From the NCBI GenBank assembly GCA_951406725.2, contig OX597831.1:1116001-1180000 (forward strand): a stretch of 64,000 bases of DNA, in the 5' to 3' direction. Origin of the DNA: Octopus vulgaris. Lineage: Eukaryota. Numbering within the stretch: position 1 is the stretch's first letter; every line of letters starts with the position of its first letter. The position numbers and the translations under genes were made by a program. Below the pieces are notes generated by a model, which saw nothing but the letters and a program-made list of their open reading frames with translations, was not told where the DNA came from and did not search any database. Shown piece by piece: positions 40,596 through 55,433 of this stretch.

Positions 40596-41154
40596 AATCA
40601 ATAATTGACGGAAATTTGCTAGCAATAGAAACTTGAAATAATAAACTGAAGTTGTTCTGAATTTATTGTCACTATACAGTTATCTCCAAGTCTCAGTTTG
40701 TCAGTGTGAGAGGGAGAAGAAGGAAGAGGGTAGGAGAGTGTCTGGAAGTATATACACAAGTAATTACAGCCATAAACACACAAATGTGCATACAGATATA
40801 TGTGTTTGTGTGTGTAGTCACAAGCATGGTTGCGTGGTTGAGAAGCATGCTTTGGGTTCAGTCCCACAGCATGGTACTTTGGTCAATAGCTTTCTACTAT
40901 AGCCACAGGCTAACCAAAGACTTGTGAGTGGCTTTAATAGATGGAAACTGAAAGTAGGCCATCATATCTACACACACACACACACAGACACACGCACACA
41001 CATATACATAGTTGAAATTTATAGAAAAACAAAAGATGAAGACAGGTGTGTGAACAACAAACAGGTGCATTAGTTTGATGCTCAGGAAAATGAAAAAGTC
41101 TTTTATATTTCGAGCCTACACTCTTCCTCTGTAGATTTAGCAGTCAAGCATGGT

Positions 41155-41197
<43 letters not shown>

Positions 41198-43299
41198 GCA
41201 TGCATGTGTCTTTCAGGTATGTTTGTCCTCCACCTCGACAACTGGTGGTGGCTTTAAAAACTATGTACTGGGGTTGATTTGTTCAACCTAGAACCATATG
41301 GGGTTGGTAAGCAAGCTACTTACTACAAAGCCACTCCTGCACCCTATATATATATATATATATATACAAAATGTGTGTGTGTGTATATATATATGTATAT
41401 AATGTATGTGTATGTATGTATATATATATATATATGTGTGCACACACACACACACACACACTTACTCACATACACATATATATATATAATGGCCCAAATG
41501 TAGTCCTGTTGCCTATGGGGTATGACACTGCTTTGTTTAACATTACCTTCTAAATTGGTATCTTTAGTTGATTTTACTCTGTTGCAGTTTTTACACCTGA
41601 CTTGTAGCAAGGTGTTTTCATGACTTCACAGTACACTGATTGACATTCCTTACACTTTCTTAGATACCAAATAATAAAATGAAAGCACTGGCCAATTATC
41701 CCTCCTCTTCTTTCCAGGCTCTGCACTAACCATTAACCTCAGAGTGAGTTTGTTAACCATATTTATATCAGAGGTTTTGAGGGACCAGTGAAGGTCAGGG
41801 CTACACCTCTCCCTACAGATAATACCAATTGAAAAAAGAAAAACATTTAAAAAAGATATTCATATACAGAGACACATAATCAGACAGTATCAGAGTGAGT
41901 GTAAACTAAGAAAATATGCAAGAGAAAGTGAGGTGGGATTGTACATAACAGAGAAGTAAATGGAAATCATGTGTATTAGGACAAACATGATATATTAAGG
42001 TATATTAAGCTTTGCTGAATTAGGTTAAAACATGAATTTACTGAAGGGATCTACTGACCAGAATACCATGGTTTCATGTGTAAATGTATCCATTAAAAGT
42101 TCTGCTGCTTGCTCACAATAATTACTTTGGTTTCTTGTTAGTCAAACCTATACATGCCTGTGATTATTATCAGGAATGGACAAGTGTTTTTACTGCCAAA
42201 ATTATTGTCCACAGTTATACTCCAATCTCAGAGCTGTTTCTGTTAGTCTGTATTAATAACTTGCTATATTTGGGCTTTTAATAGCAAATTCGTCTATATG
42301 ATAAAACTTACCTTCCTTTGCTCTTGGCAAAACCTATACCCTTATATAATTCTCATCAGAATGTGTAAAGGAGTAAAAAAAAACCAGAGTTATGGACACA
42401 AGTTATTCTGCTTCCAAAACTGATGACAAGTATGATCATACCTTCAAAGCCAGGTTAAATTTTGGTTTTTAAATGTAGAATTTCCCTATATAGCAAAGTA
42501 AAGTATATATTCAAAATATATACCAACATCTTGAAGTCTACTTCAGGCACTTTTATTTCCATATATATGTAAAGAGAACTAATAAAAATAAATAAAAGTG
42601 CTGAATAATAAAGTAGATATATTTATTTAATATTTCAGCTATAACAAGCCCTAATTACATTTGCGGCTATTTAAATAACTGTAATATTGAATGAATATAT
42701 TTGCCTCTCTTCCTCTTTCACTCAACATTATAGTAACTTTCTTCATTCTTTTGGTACTTCCATTTTAATATATGAAATTTATTTACCAGATTGCTTTAAG
42801 GTATATTACCCATTGTTCCACCACGACCACCATCAAACCATCAACCACATCATCACCACAACCATTATCAATCTCTTATTCGTGGTTATTTTTGTAACGA
42901 ATTTCTCCTGATGTTGACATCATGAAAATGTGTGCGTGTGTCTGTCTAACTGTCTGTGTGCTTGCATGTGCTATAATATGAAAAGTTCTTAAAGTACAAG
43001 TTTTATGAGATGAAACTGAATTGCTGAAAGACAGAAACACACACACACACACATATATTTTTATGTTAATATTTAGTGGAAACAACAGAGTGACTCAAGG
43101 TCCAAGAGTTTTATGCATTGGCATTTATCAAACTAGTTTCAAGTCAAAGAGCTGTGGGTTTATATAGCTGGTGAGAATTAACATTTTCCTTTGGATTGTT
43201 CTAGACTGAATTTTAAATCATAACAATGTCACATGGATAATTCATATATACATTTTACTTATCGTTTGAGTTCTGTTTTTTCCTGTTTGTATATGTATA

Positions 43300-43355
<56 letters not shown>

Positions 43356-43562
43356 TGGCAGAAGGTCAAGAGGGTCACTCTGTACCATTTGCTGAATAAT
43401 AACAATAATCCTTTCTACTAAAGGCACAAGGCCTGAAATTTTGGGGGAGGAGGCTAATCAATGACATTGACCACTGTGAATTACTGGTACTTAATTTATA
43501 TATGCCCTGAATGGATAAAAGGCAAAGTCGACCTCAGAATAATGATGATGATGATGATGATA

Positions 43563-44367
43563 AACTGAAACCATCAATTATGTCTCCATGTGCAACCTTC
43601 TTGTGCCTACAGAAGATCTCAACAGGCATGATAGAGTGGCACAGTATATTAACTGGTAATTTGTACAGAACTGGACCTGCCCCATGTTAAAAACAGGTAG
43701 GAATACAAACCACCTCCAGTGCTTGAAAAATGATCTCATCTCACTCCTTTGGAACTTTACTGTTCAAACTGTCAGAAAGACAGATACAAATAAGCCAGAC
43801 ATTATACTGAAGGATTTCAGATAAAAAATCATGCCTCCTCATTGATATGACTGTCCCAATCAACATAAATGTATCTGTCAAGACCTACTAAAAACTGAGC
43901 AAATATAAAGATCTTGAAATAGAAATTGGCAAAACATGGAATCTCAAGACTAGAACAATACTTGTTATCATAAGTGCCCTAGGGATGATAGCAAAAAGGG
44001 CTGCTTGTTACCTTTCTCAGATACCAGGAAATCCAAAAAGGAATGACATTCAAAAAATAGTGCTCATGGGAACTATTCATATCCTACAAAAAATATTGTC
44101 TATGTGATTCTAAAAACACTTTAATCAAAGTACATTTAAATGTACATAATAGCAAACATCTTCTACTGTCATCTTAAGATCAAACTATCGGCTTATCCTC
44201 AAATTACTTTTAAAACAAACTTAATTTTCTTATATTTTGACAGACATTCTCTAAAACAACACTCTGTACAAAGCCAAAAATATGGCACCCTAGTCATAAT
44301 ACCAACTTGAACGTCTAACTTGTCAGGTTTCTGGTTGTGACTTGGAGTCAATGTGTACAAATACAAA
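43563..44367 (+). mobile_element. R4/Dong-clade LINE 3' fragment (decayed zinc-knuckle + PD-D-K endonuclease) ending at a (TAA)n array
   Basis: ETINYVSMC..RHDRVAQYINW, NKPDIILKD, LLIDMTVP, KLSKYKDLEIEI..W, VIISALG; stop at 44105-44107; (TAA)n at 44368-44490. Confidence 0.85.
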
Positions 44368-44399
44368 TAATAATAGTACTAATAATAATAATAATAATG

Positions 44400-44451
<52 letters not shown>

Positions 44452-44494
44452 TAATAATAATAATATAATAATAATAATAATAATAATAATAGTG

Positions 44495-45845
44495 ATTTCA
44501 TATATTTGTCACAAAGGCAAAGGAATGGGGGTGGGGACAATACATAGCTATAAAGTGTGTGGGGGGTTTGACATGTAATGAAATGATTAACAAAAACAAA
44601 GAAGGGTAAATATACACAGTATACACTGAAAAAGAAGGGACATATACATATTGTACATAGGTTTTAAAAAAAAAGTGGATGCAGATGGTAGAGATGTAGC
44701 CCTCCTGATATAGGAGGACCAATAGGGATAATCAAACCCCACTGTCTGAGATTTCTCTGAACACCAAGAGCAAGTGCTCTCTCCAACTTACAGGTCTACA
44801 CTGAGAGTGGTACCATCCACTCTTACCAGTTTCACAACTTTCACCCACCTTTCCCTCTCCACTCCCAATTTCCTTTTTAAGTGCAACTTGAAGAAGTCAA
44901 TGAGAGCTCTACCAAAGAAGAATGTATCTGTCCATCAAACAACCGCTTTCGCCACAGCCACCAGGCAAAGGAAAAGTGCTTTGCCTGCCTGATTGAAGGA
45001 GGGCTGCAAGGCAATCATCACTACAGGCTTGGCCAACAGGCGGATCCATCCCAGATGTGACAGCAGCTGTTCAACATAACCCCATAAGTCAGCAATACCC
45101 GGACACAGAATGAGTGCAAGCAGAACAGTTTTGACACTCAGCACAAACCTCAGACAAGTCCGTTGGACAGTACATTTGTGCCTGTAGAGTTTATCTCAAA
45201 GCAGTAGCACCAACACCCACCCACCCCAGTAGCACTGCCAGGCCAAGGACACCTGGAAATTATCCATGACAGTTCTCGACCAGAAAGTCCACCAGTACAG
45301 ACTAACCGGTTCATTTTTGTCAGTGCCCAGAGTCTCACCGAGGTCATTGCAGTTCTCCGCCACTATAAATTTCTATAATCCTCTATAATCTTCTATAAAT
45401 TTCTAAAGCAGAACATTCACCGATCTCATTGCCTGACTGGTAGAGGGCTGTTAGTGCCTGATGACATTCTAGGTACCTTCTTTTCTTCACTCAGGACTGC
45501 AGCTCTGTCAAGGAGATGAGCTGCAGAAAGACGAACCACACAAACAGAGCCCAGACACACTCACCATCCAGAAATCATTGCAGGTGGCGTAACCAAAGAG
45601 CATGTCTGTGCAATTGGAGCCACAGCATATACGTAATCCACCACTTAGAGGATGCTGGTAACAGACTGACCACCTGACCATTGGAACGCGTCCCTTCCAA
45701 GAATTTAAGTAAGTAACTGGGACAAGGCATGGCAGTCAGGTAATAAATTATAACAGAGATGATGTAGGCATTTGCCACCACTGTCTGACCTTTCAGGGAC
45801 AGCTTCCTCTCATCCCATTTCTGGGTAAGACTGGCCACCCTGTTT
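44495..45845 (-). pseudogene. Decayed Tx1/L1-clade LINE ORF2 C-terminus and 3' UTR
   Basis: WDERKLSLKGQTVVANAYIISVIIYYL (post-RT L1/Tx1 motif) and KTVLLALILCPGIADLW (decayed CCHC region). Multiple stops and frameshifts. Confidence 0.8.
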
Positions 45846-46308
45846 GCCAGTCATACTGTAATATCTCTTTCCTTCACTTGCCCTAGGGTGCTGAGTGTAT
45901 CTTGACAAGTGATTGCAACAAACATGAAGATTAAAAGTAAACAACAACAACAACAACAACAAATACTCTGATGCAATACTAATAATAATAATGAAGCTGG
46001 TTGTATAGAGATATATCTATGTATATATGTGTCTCCTTAGCTTGACTTTGTGTAACAGATGCAAAGGAGAAGTGATGTCCATTTTTTCTTTTTATTTGCT
46101 TCAGTCATTTGACTGCAGCCATGCTGGAGAACTGCCTTTAGGGATTTCAGTCAAAGAAATTGATCCTAAGACTCATTTGTTTTTAAGCCTAGTACTTATT
46201 CTATCAGTCTGTTTTGCCAAACCACTAAGTAATGGAGATATAAACACACCAACATCAGTTGTCAAACGGTGATGGAGTGACAAACAGAAAGACACACGTA
46301 CACATATA

Positions 46309-47063
46309 CCATAAAAACCCATGTAATTTGCACACCTGTGCAATTTACGCAGGTGATTTTTAGGATAAAATTGGTTAAAAACAGCTTCTACTCATGTAAA
46401 ATTTACACCCAAAAGTTTTCAGAATTGCCGATATGGCCAGGGGAAAAAGGTTTTTAATGTAGTTGTATTTAGCATAATTTCACTTATTTGTGATTAGATT
46501 TCATTAAATTTTCATACAATTTCTGTTTAACAGGTGTCACATTAAAAGCTATTAAATTACAAAGTGTTTATGTTGTTTATAATAAACTTTCTTGCCCACA
46601 AGAGATTACGTCTGATCTTTAACATACTGCTGTATGTCTTCTCAAATCACGATCACAGGAAAAGTTGTTGATAGGCATTATCAACAAAAACAAAGCTGAT
46701 AATCAAACTGATTGTGTAAACAGAATTCTGATCCGTCAAAAGCATCTTCTTGTCTCAAGCTCTGATTTTCCACCAATTCTTGTCGGAACCTGTGATACGT
46801 CAGACTTCAAAATGTAGTTAACTATTTAATGGTTTTAGTAAATTTATACAGAAAAAGTAAGCATTATATCGTCCAGCATAAATAAAAGTCAATTTCATTA
46901 TATTAAAAGTCAACTTCCAGTATGAATGTTTTTGTTTTGTATGTCATTTTTCAACCCGAAAAATTTCTAAAAAAATTCTGGAAACAATCTAATCATGTTA
47001 TTTACACACCGCCAAAGTTTATTTTTGTGAAAAAAAGTGTGTAAATTACATGGGTTTTTACAG
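46309..47063. mobile_element. Tc1/mariner (pogo/Tigger-like) non-autonomous element nested in a family B SINE
   Basis: TA|CCATAAAAACCCATGTAATTTGCACA ... TGTGTAAATTACATGGGTTTTTACAG|TA. SINE halves lie at 46085-46305 and 47066-47217. Confidence 0.9.
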
Positions 47064-47414
47064 TATATATGATGGGTTTCTTTCAGTTTTTGTCTACCAA
47101 ATCCACTCACAAGGCTTATAGTAGAAGACAATTGCCCAAGGTGCCACGCAGTGAGACTGAACCTGGAATCATGTGATTGGGAAGCAAGCTACTTGCCAGA
47201 TAGCCACACCTGCACCTATTGTTTACTATACCCCATAAAAAAAATACCTGGCTATAGGTAAATATTGCCTTTTTTGGAAATAATTAAGTGTTGGTGACAG
47301 TAAGGCCATTTGATTATAGAAAATCCCCACTCAATGAAATTCATCTAAAGTACACATGCATGGAAAAGTTCCTAAGTGTGTGTGTGCGTGCAAATATATA
47401 TCGACATAAAAGTG

Positions 47415-47469
<55 letters not shown>

Positions 47470-47560
47470 ATATAAATATATACATTTGCATATATGGGTA
47501 TATATACATATATAATACATATACATATATGATACAAAAACAAATGAGTTCAATACACAA

Positions 47561-47720
47561 ACGAGAGAAACAAATGGAAAACAGGACAAGTAACATAAAG
47601 AACGACCCTTCATCAGTTGTCAGCTGTCTATGCTCGAAGTGAGGGGCAGACAGGCTGCTGACAACTTATGAAGGCTCGTTCTTTGTGTTACTTGTCCTGT
47701 TTTCCAATTGTTTCTTTCAT
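47561..47720. repeat. Palindrome (arms about 60 bp) embedded in TA/CA microsatellites
   Basis: GGAAAACAGGACAAGTAACATAAAGAACGA..CTTCATCAGTTGTCAGC pairs with GCTGACAACTTATGAAG..TCGTTCTTTGTGTTACTTGTCCTGTTTTCC. Confidence 0.9.
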
Positions 47721-47808
47721 TGTTTGCGTTTTTCGTATTTCATGTTGTTTACTGTTAGTGACGTCCTGTACCCTTATATGCAAATGTGCGTGTGTGTGTA
47801 TATATATG

Positions 47809-47839
<31 letters not shown>

Positions 47840-47857
47840 ATACATATATATATATGC

Positions 47858-47888
<31 letters not shown>

Positions 47889-47946
47889 CACATACATATA
47901 TATATATATATATACACATACATATATATATATATATATACATACA

Positions 47947-48005
<59 letters not shown>

Positions 48006-48065
48006 CATACATGTATATATATGTATATATGTATATATATAAGTATATATGTATATATATAAGTA

Positions 48066-48112
<47 letters not shown>

Positions 48113-49851
48113 ATTCATACACACATATATCCATTCATACATACAAATAATTTATATACATGTGTGTGTGTGTGTGTACATATATACATACGTATATATT
48201 TCTATACATGTAAAGGAAGAAGGAAAAAGCTGAGGCTAATGGCAATTCAGTTTAAGTTGTGAAGATCGATAGATGAAGTGGGGCAGGTGCACCAATGCAC
48301 CAACAAATAAGTGGTGTAGTTGTTGCTGTGTCATGTTTGAATATAATTAAATAGCCTGTATTTAAAATTGAATTTCATCCTACCAAGAAACATAGAATTA
48401 TTTAAGATAGAGGAAATTAGTTGATCGAAGGAACAATACATAGATAATAATTATAATAATAAATAAATGTCTGACATCTTAGTTCTATAATAGCTACCAG
48501 CAGGTCAGTAGATGTCTGTCTCTCATAGTTTGGTTCATTTCAATGAGAAATGGCCAGTATCTAGAAACATGGCATTCTTAGTACCCCACGTGTGCAATAT
48601 TGATAATAACAATTTTATAGAATTTATATTTAGAATTAAATTGTCTTGTTATAAGGAACGTGCAATTATTAAAATTGTCCTATAATAGCATCAACCAATG
48701 AATGCTGCAGTCATTGCTGAGTGAGTGTTCATGTGTGGGTATAATTAAATGGCTTATATTTGAAATTAAATTTTGTCCTGCTTGGAAGCACAGAAATATT
48801 TAAGACTGAGTAAGTTAGGAAAGAGAAGGGAAAATATAAACAGATGATGATGATGATGAGGATAACTACAAGGACAATGCGAATAACAATGATAAATAAT
48901 CTGTGACATCTTTGCTCTATAATAGAAGCAAGCATTGAATAACAGACATGTGCTCCAGCATGGCTGCTGTCATATGACTGATTCAAATAAAAGAATAAAA
49001 GAATGTGTGTGTGTGTGTGTCTCGGTTTCAAATTTTGCACAAGGCCAGCACGTTTGAGCAATGGGGTAAGGTGATTATATTGACCCCAATCCACAATTGC
49101 TACTTATTGATTCCGAAGGGATGAAAGGTAAAGTTGGCTTTGGTAGAATTTGACCTCAGAACATAAAGACAGACAAAATGCCGCTAAGCATTTTGCCTGA
49201 CATGCTAACAATTCAGCTAGCCTGCCAAATTACAAAAGCAGATCTAGTAATGTAACTTTATCTGTCGGACATACATAATGTATATGCTTTGTTTGTACAT
49301 CAAATTTACTGCAGGATAGTGTCCATGGAAAGCTCCCAGATGATGCTGAATTGCACAAACCGAGTGAGACCACTTGCCTCAGAATCATTGAGAATGGTAG
49401 ATATCAGGATCTCACCATTATTTTGGCTTATCAATATCATTTACCTGGATCATCTAAAAATGAAGAAAATTGCTGGTCTATGACTTAATGGCAAATAGAG
49501 TGAAGTCTATTTGTTGATGTGATGCAGCATAGCAGATGTGAAAGAAGATTAAATTACGAATTAAAAGCAGCCCCAATATTGTAAACATCTATATATTACT
49601 GGTGCTGGTGCCACATTAAAAACAGTGGTACTGGTGCCATGTTAAAAGCGGTGGTACTGGTACCACATAAAAAGCATCCAGTACACTCCAGCTGTAGAAA
49701 CTGTACCAGGACAGACAATGGAGCCTAGTTTGGCCCCTGGCCTTACTAGACCCTGTCAAACCATCCAGCTCACGCCAGTATGCAAAACAGACATTAAATA
49801 ATGATGATGATATATTTACACACACACACACACACACACATGAATAAGCAC

Positions 49852-49888
<37 letters not shown>

Positions 49889-49957
49889 AATACACACACA
49901 CACACACACACATTTAGTCCTATCCATGTCAGTGAGGAAAATGGACATTAAGCAATG

Positions 49958-50003
<46 letters not shown>

Positions 50004-50042
50004 GGAATGACAGACAAACAATTATAAGACAATGTATTTATA

Positions 50043-50079
<37 letters not shown>

Positions 50080-50392
50080 TGTGAATGGGTGTCTTATTCA
50101 GCTTCTGCTAAGGTAGAGAAAAACAGGGTCTTCTTGAAAAAATTTGTATGTCAAGCAAGAAAGACAATGGTTATTTCATTAACGCCAACAAAATCTCACC
50201 ATCCTACAGTAATGATAATGAAAGGTAATAACCAAAAATATATATCGATTTTTTGTTTTTTGTACACCTGCAAAAGTCACTGAAGTACAAAAGACATTTC
50301 ATACAATAGAATCTCAGAAAATTGTACTGCCTAAGGGGAGTACTTCAAGTATTGGAACAGTATAGTAATCCTTTTTATATATATATGTGTGC

Positions 50393-50448
<56 letters not shown>

Positions 50449-51894
50449 ATATATGTAAATGCATGTGTGTATGTATGTGTAGTGTGCATGATATATATAC
50501 ATATGTAATAGAGGAGAGTATAGTAGAGGAAGACATATGTTCTAACTAAATATAGTGTGATAGTAAAAAGAATTCATTGTACTGGAAATCTATATTTTGG
50601 ATATTCCATTTTGGCATTGTCTATTTTTGTTCGCAATTTCCATCTGTCCGTTTTGGAAATTACTGCTGAATTCGGTGTGAAATACTTTGCTAGCAACTGT
50701 GAACTGTGATATTTGGTCAATTTAATAATACAGGAGCTCTGGCTTCAATTTACTCTTCCATTGAAAACAACTATGGTAATTCTTAACCTAGTAAGAGAGC
50801 TTGTATATGATTACTGACTCATGGGGAGAGTCACCAGGTAGTCATTTTAACCAGTGGAGATGCCTCTATGTAGTCCTTGAAGTCAATGAGGGTGTTTCTA
50901 TGTGGTCATTCTAACCAATGAGGGACCATCTATGTGGTTGCTTGACCAGCTAGAATTAACAACCAAATGACTTCCAAATTACAGTTTTCCATCTTAGAAA
51001 ACATGCCTTTAATAATTTGGTACTGGGCATTATGTGCTTCAGAAAGAGATGGAAATGTTGTGGTTGGAATTCCATTAATCACTGATCTATTTGATCAGGT
51101 TTGACTCGGAGTTAACAACTATGGCAATCATTGATTCAATGAAAGAGTCTTTAAGGTGTCCTATAATCAGCAGGCCTCCTATAATTAGCAGTCTGAACTC
51201 CTATAAGGTTCACCTTACTCTCTTTAAAACTGATGATTATACTGGAGTAAATAGTCCTGAGTATAAAATGCCAGCAAAGACAACTAGATAATCAAAGCTG
51301 GAATGTCAGACAAATGATGAAAATTTTGCACACAGTCATAGTAGTAGATAAGACGTTGGAACACAGTGCCAGAGGTATTGAGTTCATATCCACTGCAGGT
51401 GTGTATATTATGTTTTTCTTTTAAGTCAGTACACTTTACTTTATATGCCTCCATTCACATAATCAAGGCAAGTGACCCAGTGGTTAGATTCTTGAACTCA
51501 TGATTGTAAGGTTATTGGTTTGATTCCTGGAACAGGTGGCATGTTGTATCTTTGGGCAAGGTCGCTCTAGTCCGCTCAGCTGATAACAAGTGCCATCTGG
51601 GAAAGTGTGGCACCTTGCAGACTATTATCTTTTATCTTTTACTTGTTTCAGTCATTAGACTGCATCCATGCAGGAGCACTGCTTTGAAGAAATTTTAGTT
51701 GAATGAATCGGCCCCAGTACTTATTTTTTGATACTTATTTTGGTACTTATTTTATCGGTCTCTTTTGTTGAACTGCTAAGTTGCAAGGACATAAACCTAT
51801 CATCACCAGTTGTCAAACAGTGATGGAGAGACAAACATACATACATACACATATATATACGATAGGTTTTTTTTTTCAGTCTACCAAATCCATG

Positions 51895-52194
51895 ATGTTG
51901 ATTGGATGTGTGATTTTTATCACTCTTGGTACATGTCCTCAGATTGTACTGTCCTCAGATTGACACCCAAACACTCTGAAATATTCGTATTGGCATTTCC
52001 AGTGTGAATGCCAAGCAGTACAGCATGTTGTTTCCAAATTTCTGGCTGAGTGAATTGCATGATGGTGCTGTTTTTCTAACAGACAGTGCCCAGTTGACCC
52101 TACTATACTGTGTAGTCAACAAAATCAAAAACAAACAATGTACATGCATGAAATTAAAAATATAAAATGGTGACGATTTACCCATCATACTCTG
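51895..52194 (-). mobile_element. 5' end of a Tc1/mariner-superfamily transposon (terminus + start of transposase HTH)
   Basis: TA|CAGAGTATGATGGGTAAATCGTCACC terminus. Minus strand from 52060: MQFTQPEIWKQHAVLLGIHTGNANTNISECLGVNLRTVQ. Confidence 0.65.
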
Positions 52195-53641
52195 TATATA
52201 TATATATAAATATAACAAGGTGAAGACTGGAAATTTAAGTTTAGGAGCTTCACAAGCCCTTTGGAATACTGGAAGTATTCATTTTATTTACATATATCAC
52301 AAAGTTTATAACAGCAAGAGAGATTTTATCTCATACATCTTTCAATTGTGTATAACCAGCTATAAGACCAATGCTAAGTAATGAGCTTTTAAGGAACTCT
52401 TGATAAGAATTAGAATTAATAGAATTATCATATAGAATAATATTAATAGAATTATAGTCTGTAGACTATTTTCTTTAGTTATACCAATAAATGTACAGTC
52501 TTGGACATTGACATAAATTAGCCTAACCTTTCTCTCTGAGTTTAATGAAATAAGTACCAGTCACATATCACAATTAATTCAATTAATCATATATAAAATT
52601 GATGCTGTTCAATAAGGAGACACCTGCAAGTGATAAGTGTAAACCATTTTGATTTAAACATGAGTCAAATCAATTAGGAAACTGCAGTAAAGTTGCTCTA
52701 GCTGAAGAGAATAGCAGTCAAATGTATCTCATATCACACCCTACCAGGAAACATTGGCTAATGTAGCCCCAGGCAACATAAAAGAAGAGATGGTCATGGC
52801 AAGAAATATTTTCGATCATAGGTTTTCTTCTGTGTAGTCTGACTTGAGGCAAAAGAACAGCAGTGCTAACCCACTAAGTTAACAAGGGATCCTCTATAAG
52901 GTTGCTCATGCTGCTAGAATTAATATACTAAATCACATAAGGCGACAAGCTGACAGAACTGTTAGCAAGCTGGGCAAAATGCTTAGTGGTATATTGTCTG
53001 TCTTCAGGTTCTAAGTTCAAATTCTGCTGAAGGTGACTTTGCCTTTTATCCTTTCAGAGTTAATAAGTACCAGCTGAATACTGGAGTCAGTGTAACCAAC
53101 TTATCCCTCCTCTAAAATTGCTGGCCCTGTGCCAAAATTTTAAAACCAATATACTAAGCCTCAGTCACAGATAACACTAAGCCTAAAGAAAGAAAAAAAA
53201 AAGAGATGGTCACAGCTGGAATGCCTTTCATCAAAGGTCTGCTCCTTCAGGGTTAACCAAAAACTAAACGAACAACAACCTGTCAGCCATTAGTACACAA
53301 GTATCACTGGAACTACCATTACCAATCTATAGTTTCTCTGTTTTCAAAATATTATCATCTCCCACCCTTTTGTCTAACTCATTGCATCATACACACCTTG
53401 CCACCTCTCACTGTCCCCCACCTTCACCTTACCCTCCCACCCTCTCCAGTCTTCTTTTCATCAGTCATAATTGCATTTAATTTGTGATTTATGATTTCCC
53501 TTTTAGCTCCACCAACACCAATACCAACACTACCAATCACTACCACTAATACCATCACCAACAACCAACACCAGTCACCACCATTAACACCTTTACCACC
53601 AGCAGGCTGTAATTCTAATATCACATTAATGAAAGAGGCTA

Positions 53642-53673
<32 letters not shown>

Positions 53674-54391
53674 TACAGAGAGACAGAGAGAGAGAGAGAT
53701 AAAGAGAGAAATGGGGTGAGCTGGCAGGGGGTTGATTAGTAATAACACTCAGATCTCTAATCACCAGTGTTTAATCCATTAAGCTTTGTCTTCCACTTTC
53801 ATTTAGTAAATAGAACAAAGTGCTCTGCCAGCTTTTTATACCCTTAATACCTACCCTCTATACACTGATGATTTAAAGACTGTCTGTCTGTCCCTCTCTC
53901 TGTATTGATGTGTGTGTGCATGCACAACCACATACATAAACAGATGTATTGTATAAACATGTGTGTGTGTGTGCACGTGTGTGTGTGTGTGTGTGTGTAT
54001 TTCTGTATACAACAATCACTAACAGATATAAACACTTGATAAAAGTATGAATGTGTACACATACAAACACACGCACACACACACATTCATCCACCCACAC
54101 ATGCACCCGTATAATGTGTTTGCATGTATGGTTGGCAGTATCCACAACCAGAAACACATCATATAATTGGGAGTGTGTATATGTATGTACACACACACAC
54201 ACACACACACAAACACATTCATATGTAAACACACACATCATCATCATCATTTTAATGTCCACATTCTGATACTAGTTTGGGTTAGATGGAATTCATTGAG
54301 GCAGGTTTTCTATGGTCAGATGCCCTTCCTATACATACACACACATGCATGCACACACACACACACACATGCATGCACACACACATGTATA

Positions 54392-54467
<76 letters not shown>

Positions 54468-54638
54468 AACATATGTATATACATTTATCTATCTATTTAT
54501 ATATATGTATATATAACCATTTCTTCTCCTATATATATACATACATACATACATGCGTGTGTACGTGTGTGTATGTGTATGTATATATATATATGTATAT
54601 GTATGTATACATATATGTATGTGTATATATATATATGC

Positions 54639-54673
<35 letters not shown>

Positions 54674-54720
54674 AATCCCAAAAATGGAACAAGAACACAA
54701 CAGATGACAATAAATGGAAC

Positions 54721-54783
<63 letters not shown>

Positions 54784-55433
54784 CACGCACACATATATTT
54801 ATCAATCATATCTTTTCCTTGTTTGATGTCTAATACATCTCGCAAATTTATTTGTTAATTTTTCGGCTAAAATTATAGAAAAGAATCATCATCATTATCA
54901 TCATCATCACCACGACATTTCTCTCATGATATATCAACATCATATTAAAAAAACCCAAAAAAAAACAGCATTTCTATATTTTTCAGCAGAATCATCATTG
55001 TTATTGTAGTTGTCATTTCTGCCAATGCTGCCACTACTGTTGCTACAACCACTGCCACCACTACCTTATCTATCTTTATTCATTTGCTTTGCAGCTTTTG
55101 AAACTATACACAACCATATGAAGAAGGACACTGTTTCAGTCAGGCAAAATGAAAAAATAAAAAAACTGTCCATTCAGCACTTGCCTAGGTCAGCTGCTTT
55201 AGATATTAGACTCTACAATTTATATTCAATGACGCTGTTTAGCCTGTGTAATATAGCAGCCATACTTCCCTCAACAAACACTTTTTTTTTGTTTTTAAAA
55301 AGGGGTTCACATAAATAAATAGTCAATTTTGAACATCTTATAGGTACAGGTATGGCTGTGTGGTAGAGAAGCTTGCTCTTCCTGATCATATGGTCTTGAG
55401 TTCAATCTCACTGCATGACACTTTTGGCAAGTA

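Noticed and set aside
42100-42480. Possible piggyBac transposase remnant (minus-strand ITVDNNF)
   Set aside because: Only one short motif with frameshifts; not supportable without a profile search.
49333-49372. CAGATGA-TGC tgaatt GCA-CAAA, a possible decayed hammerhead
   Set aside because: Two core mismatches and no convincing stem I or III.
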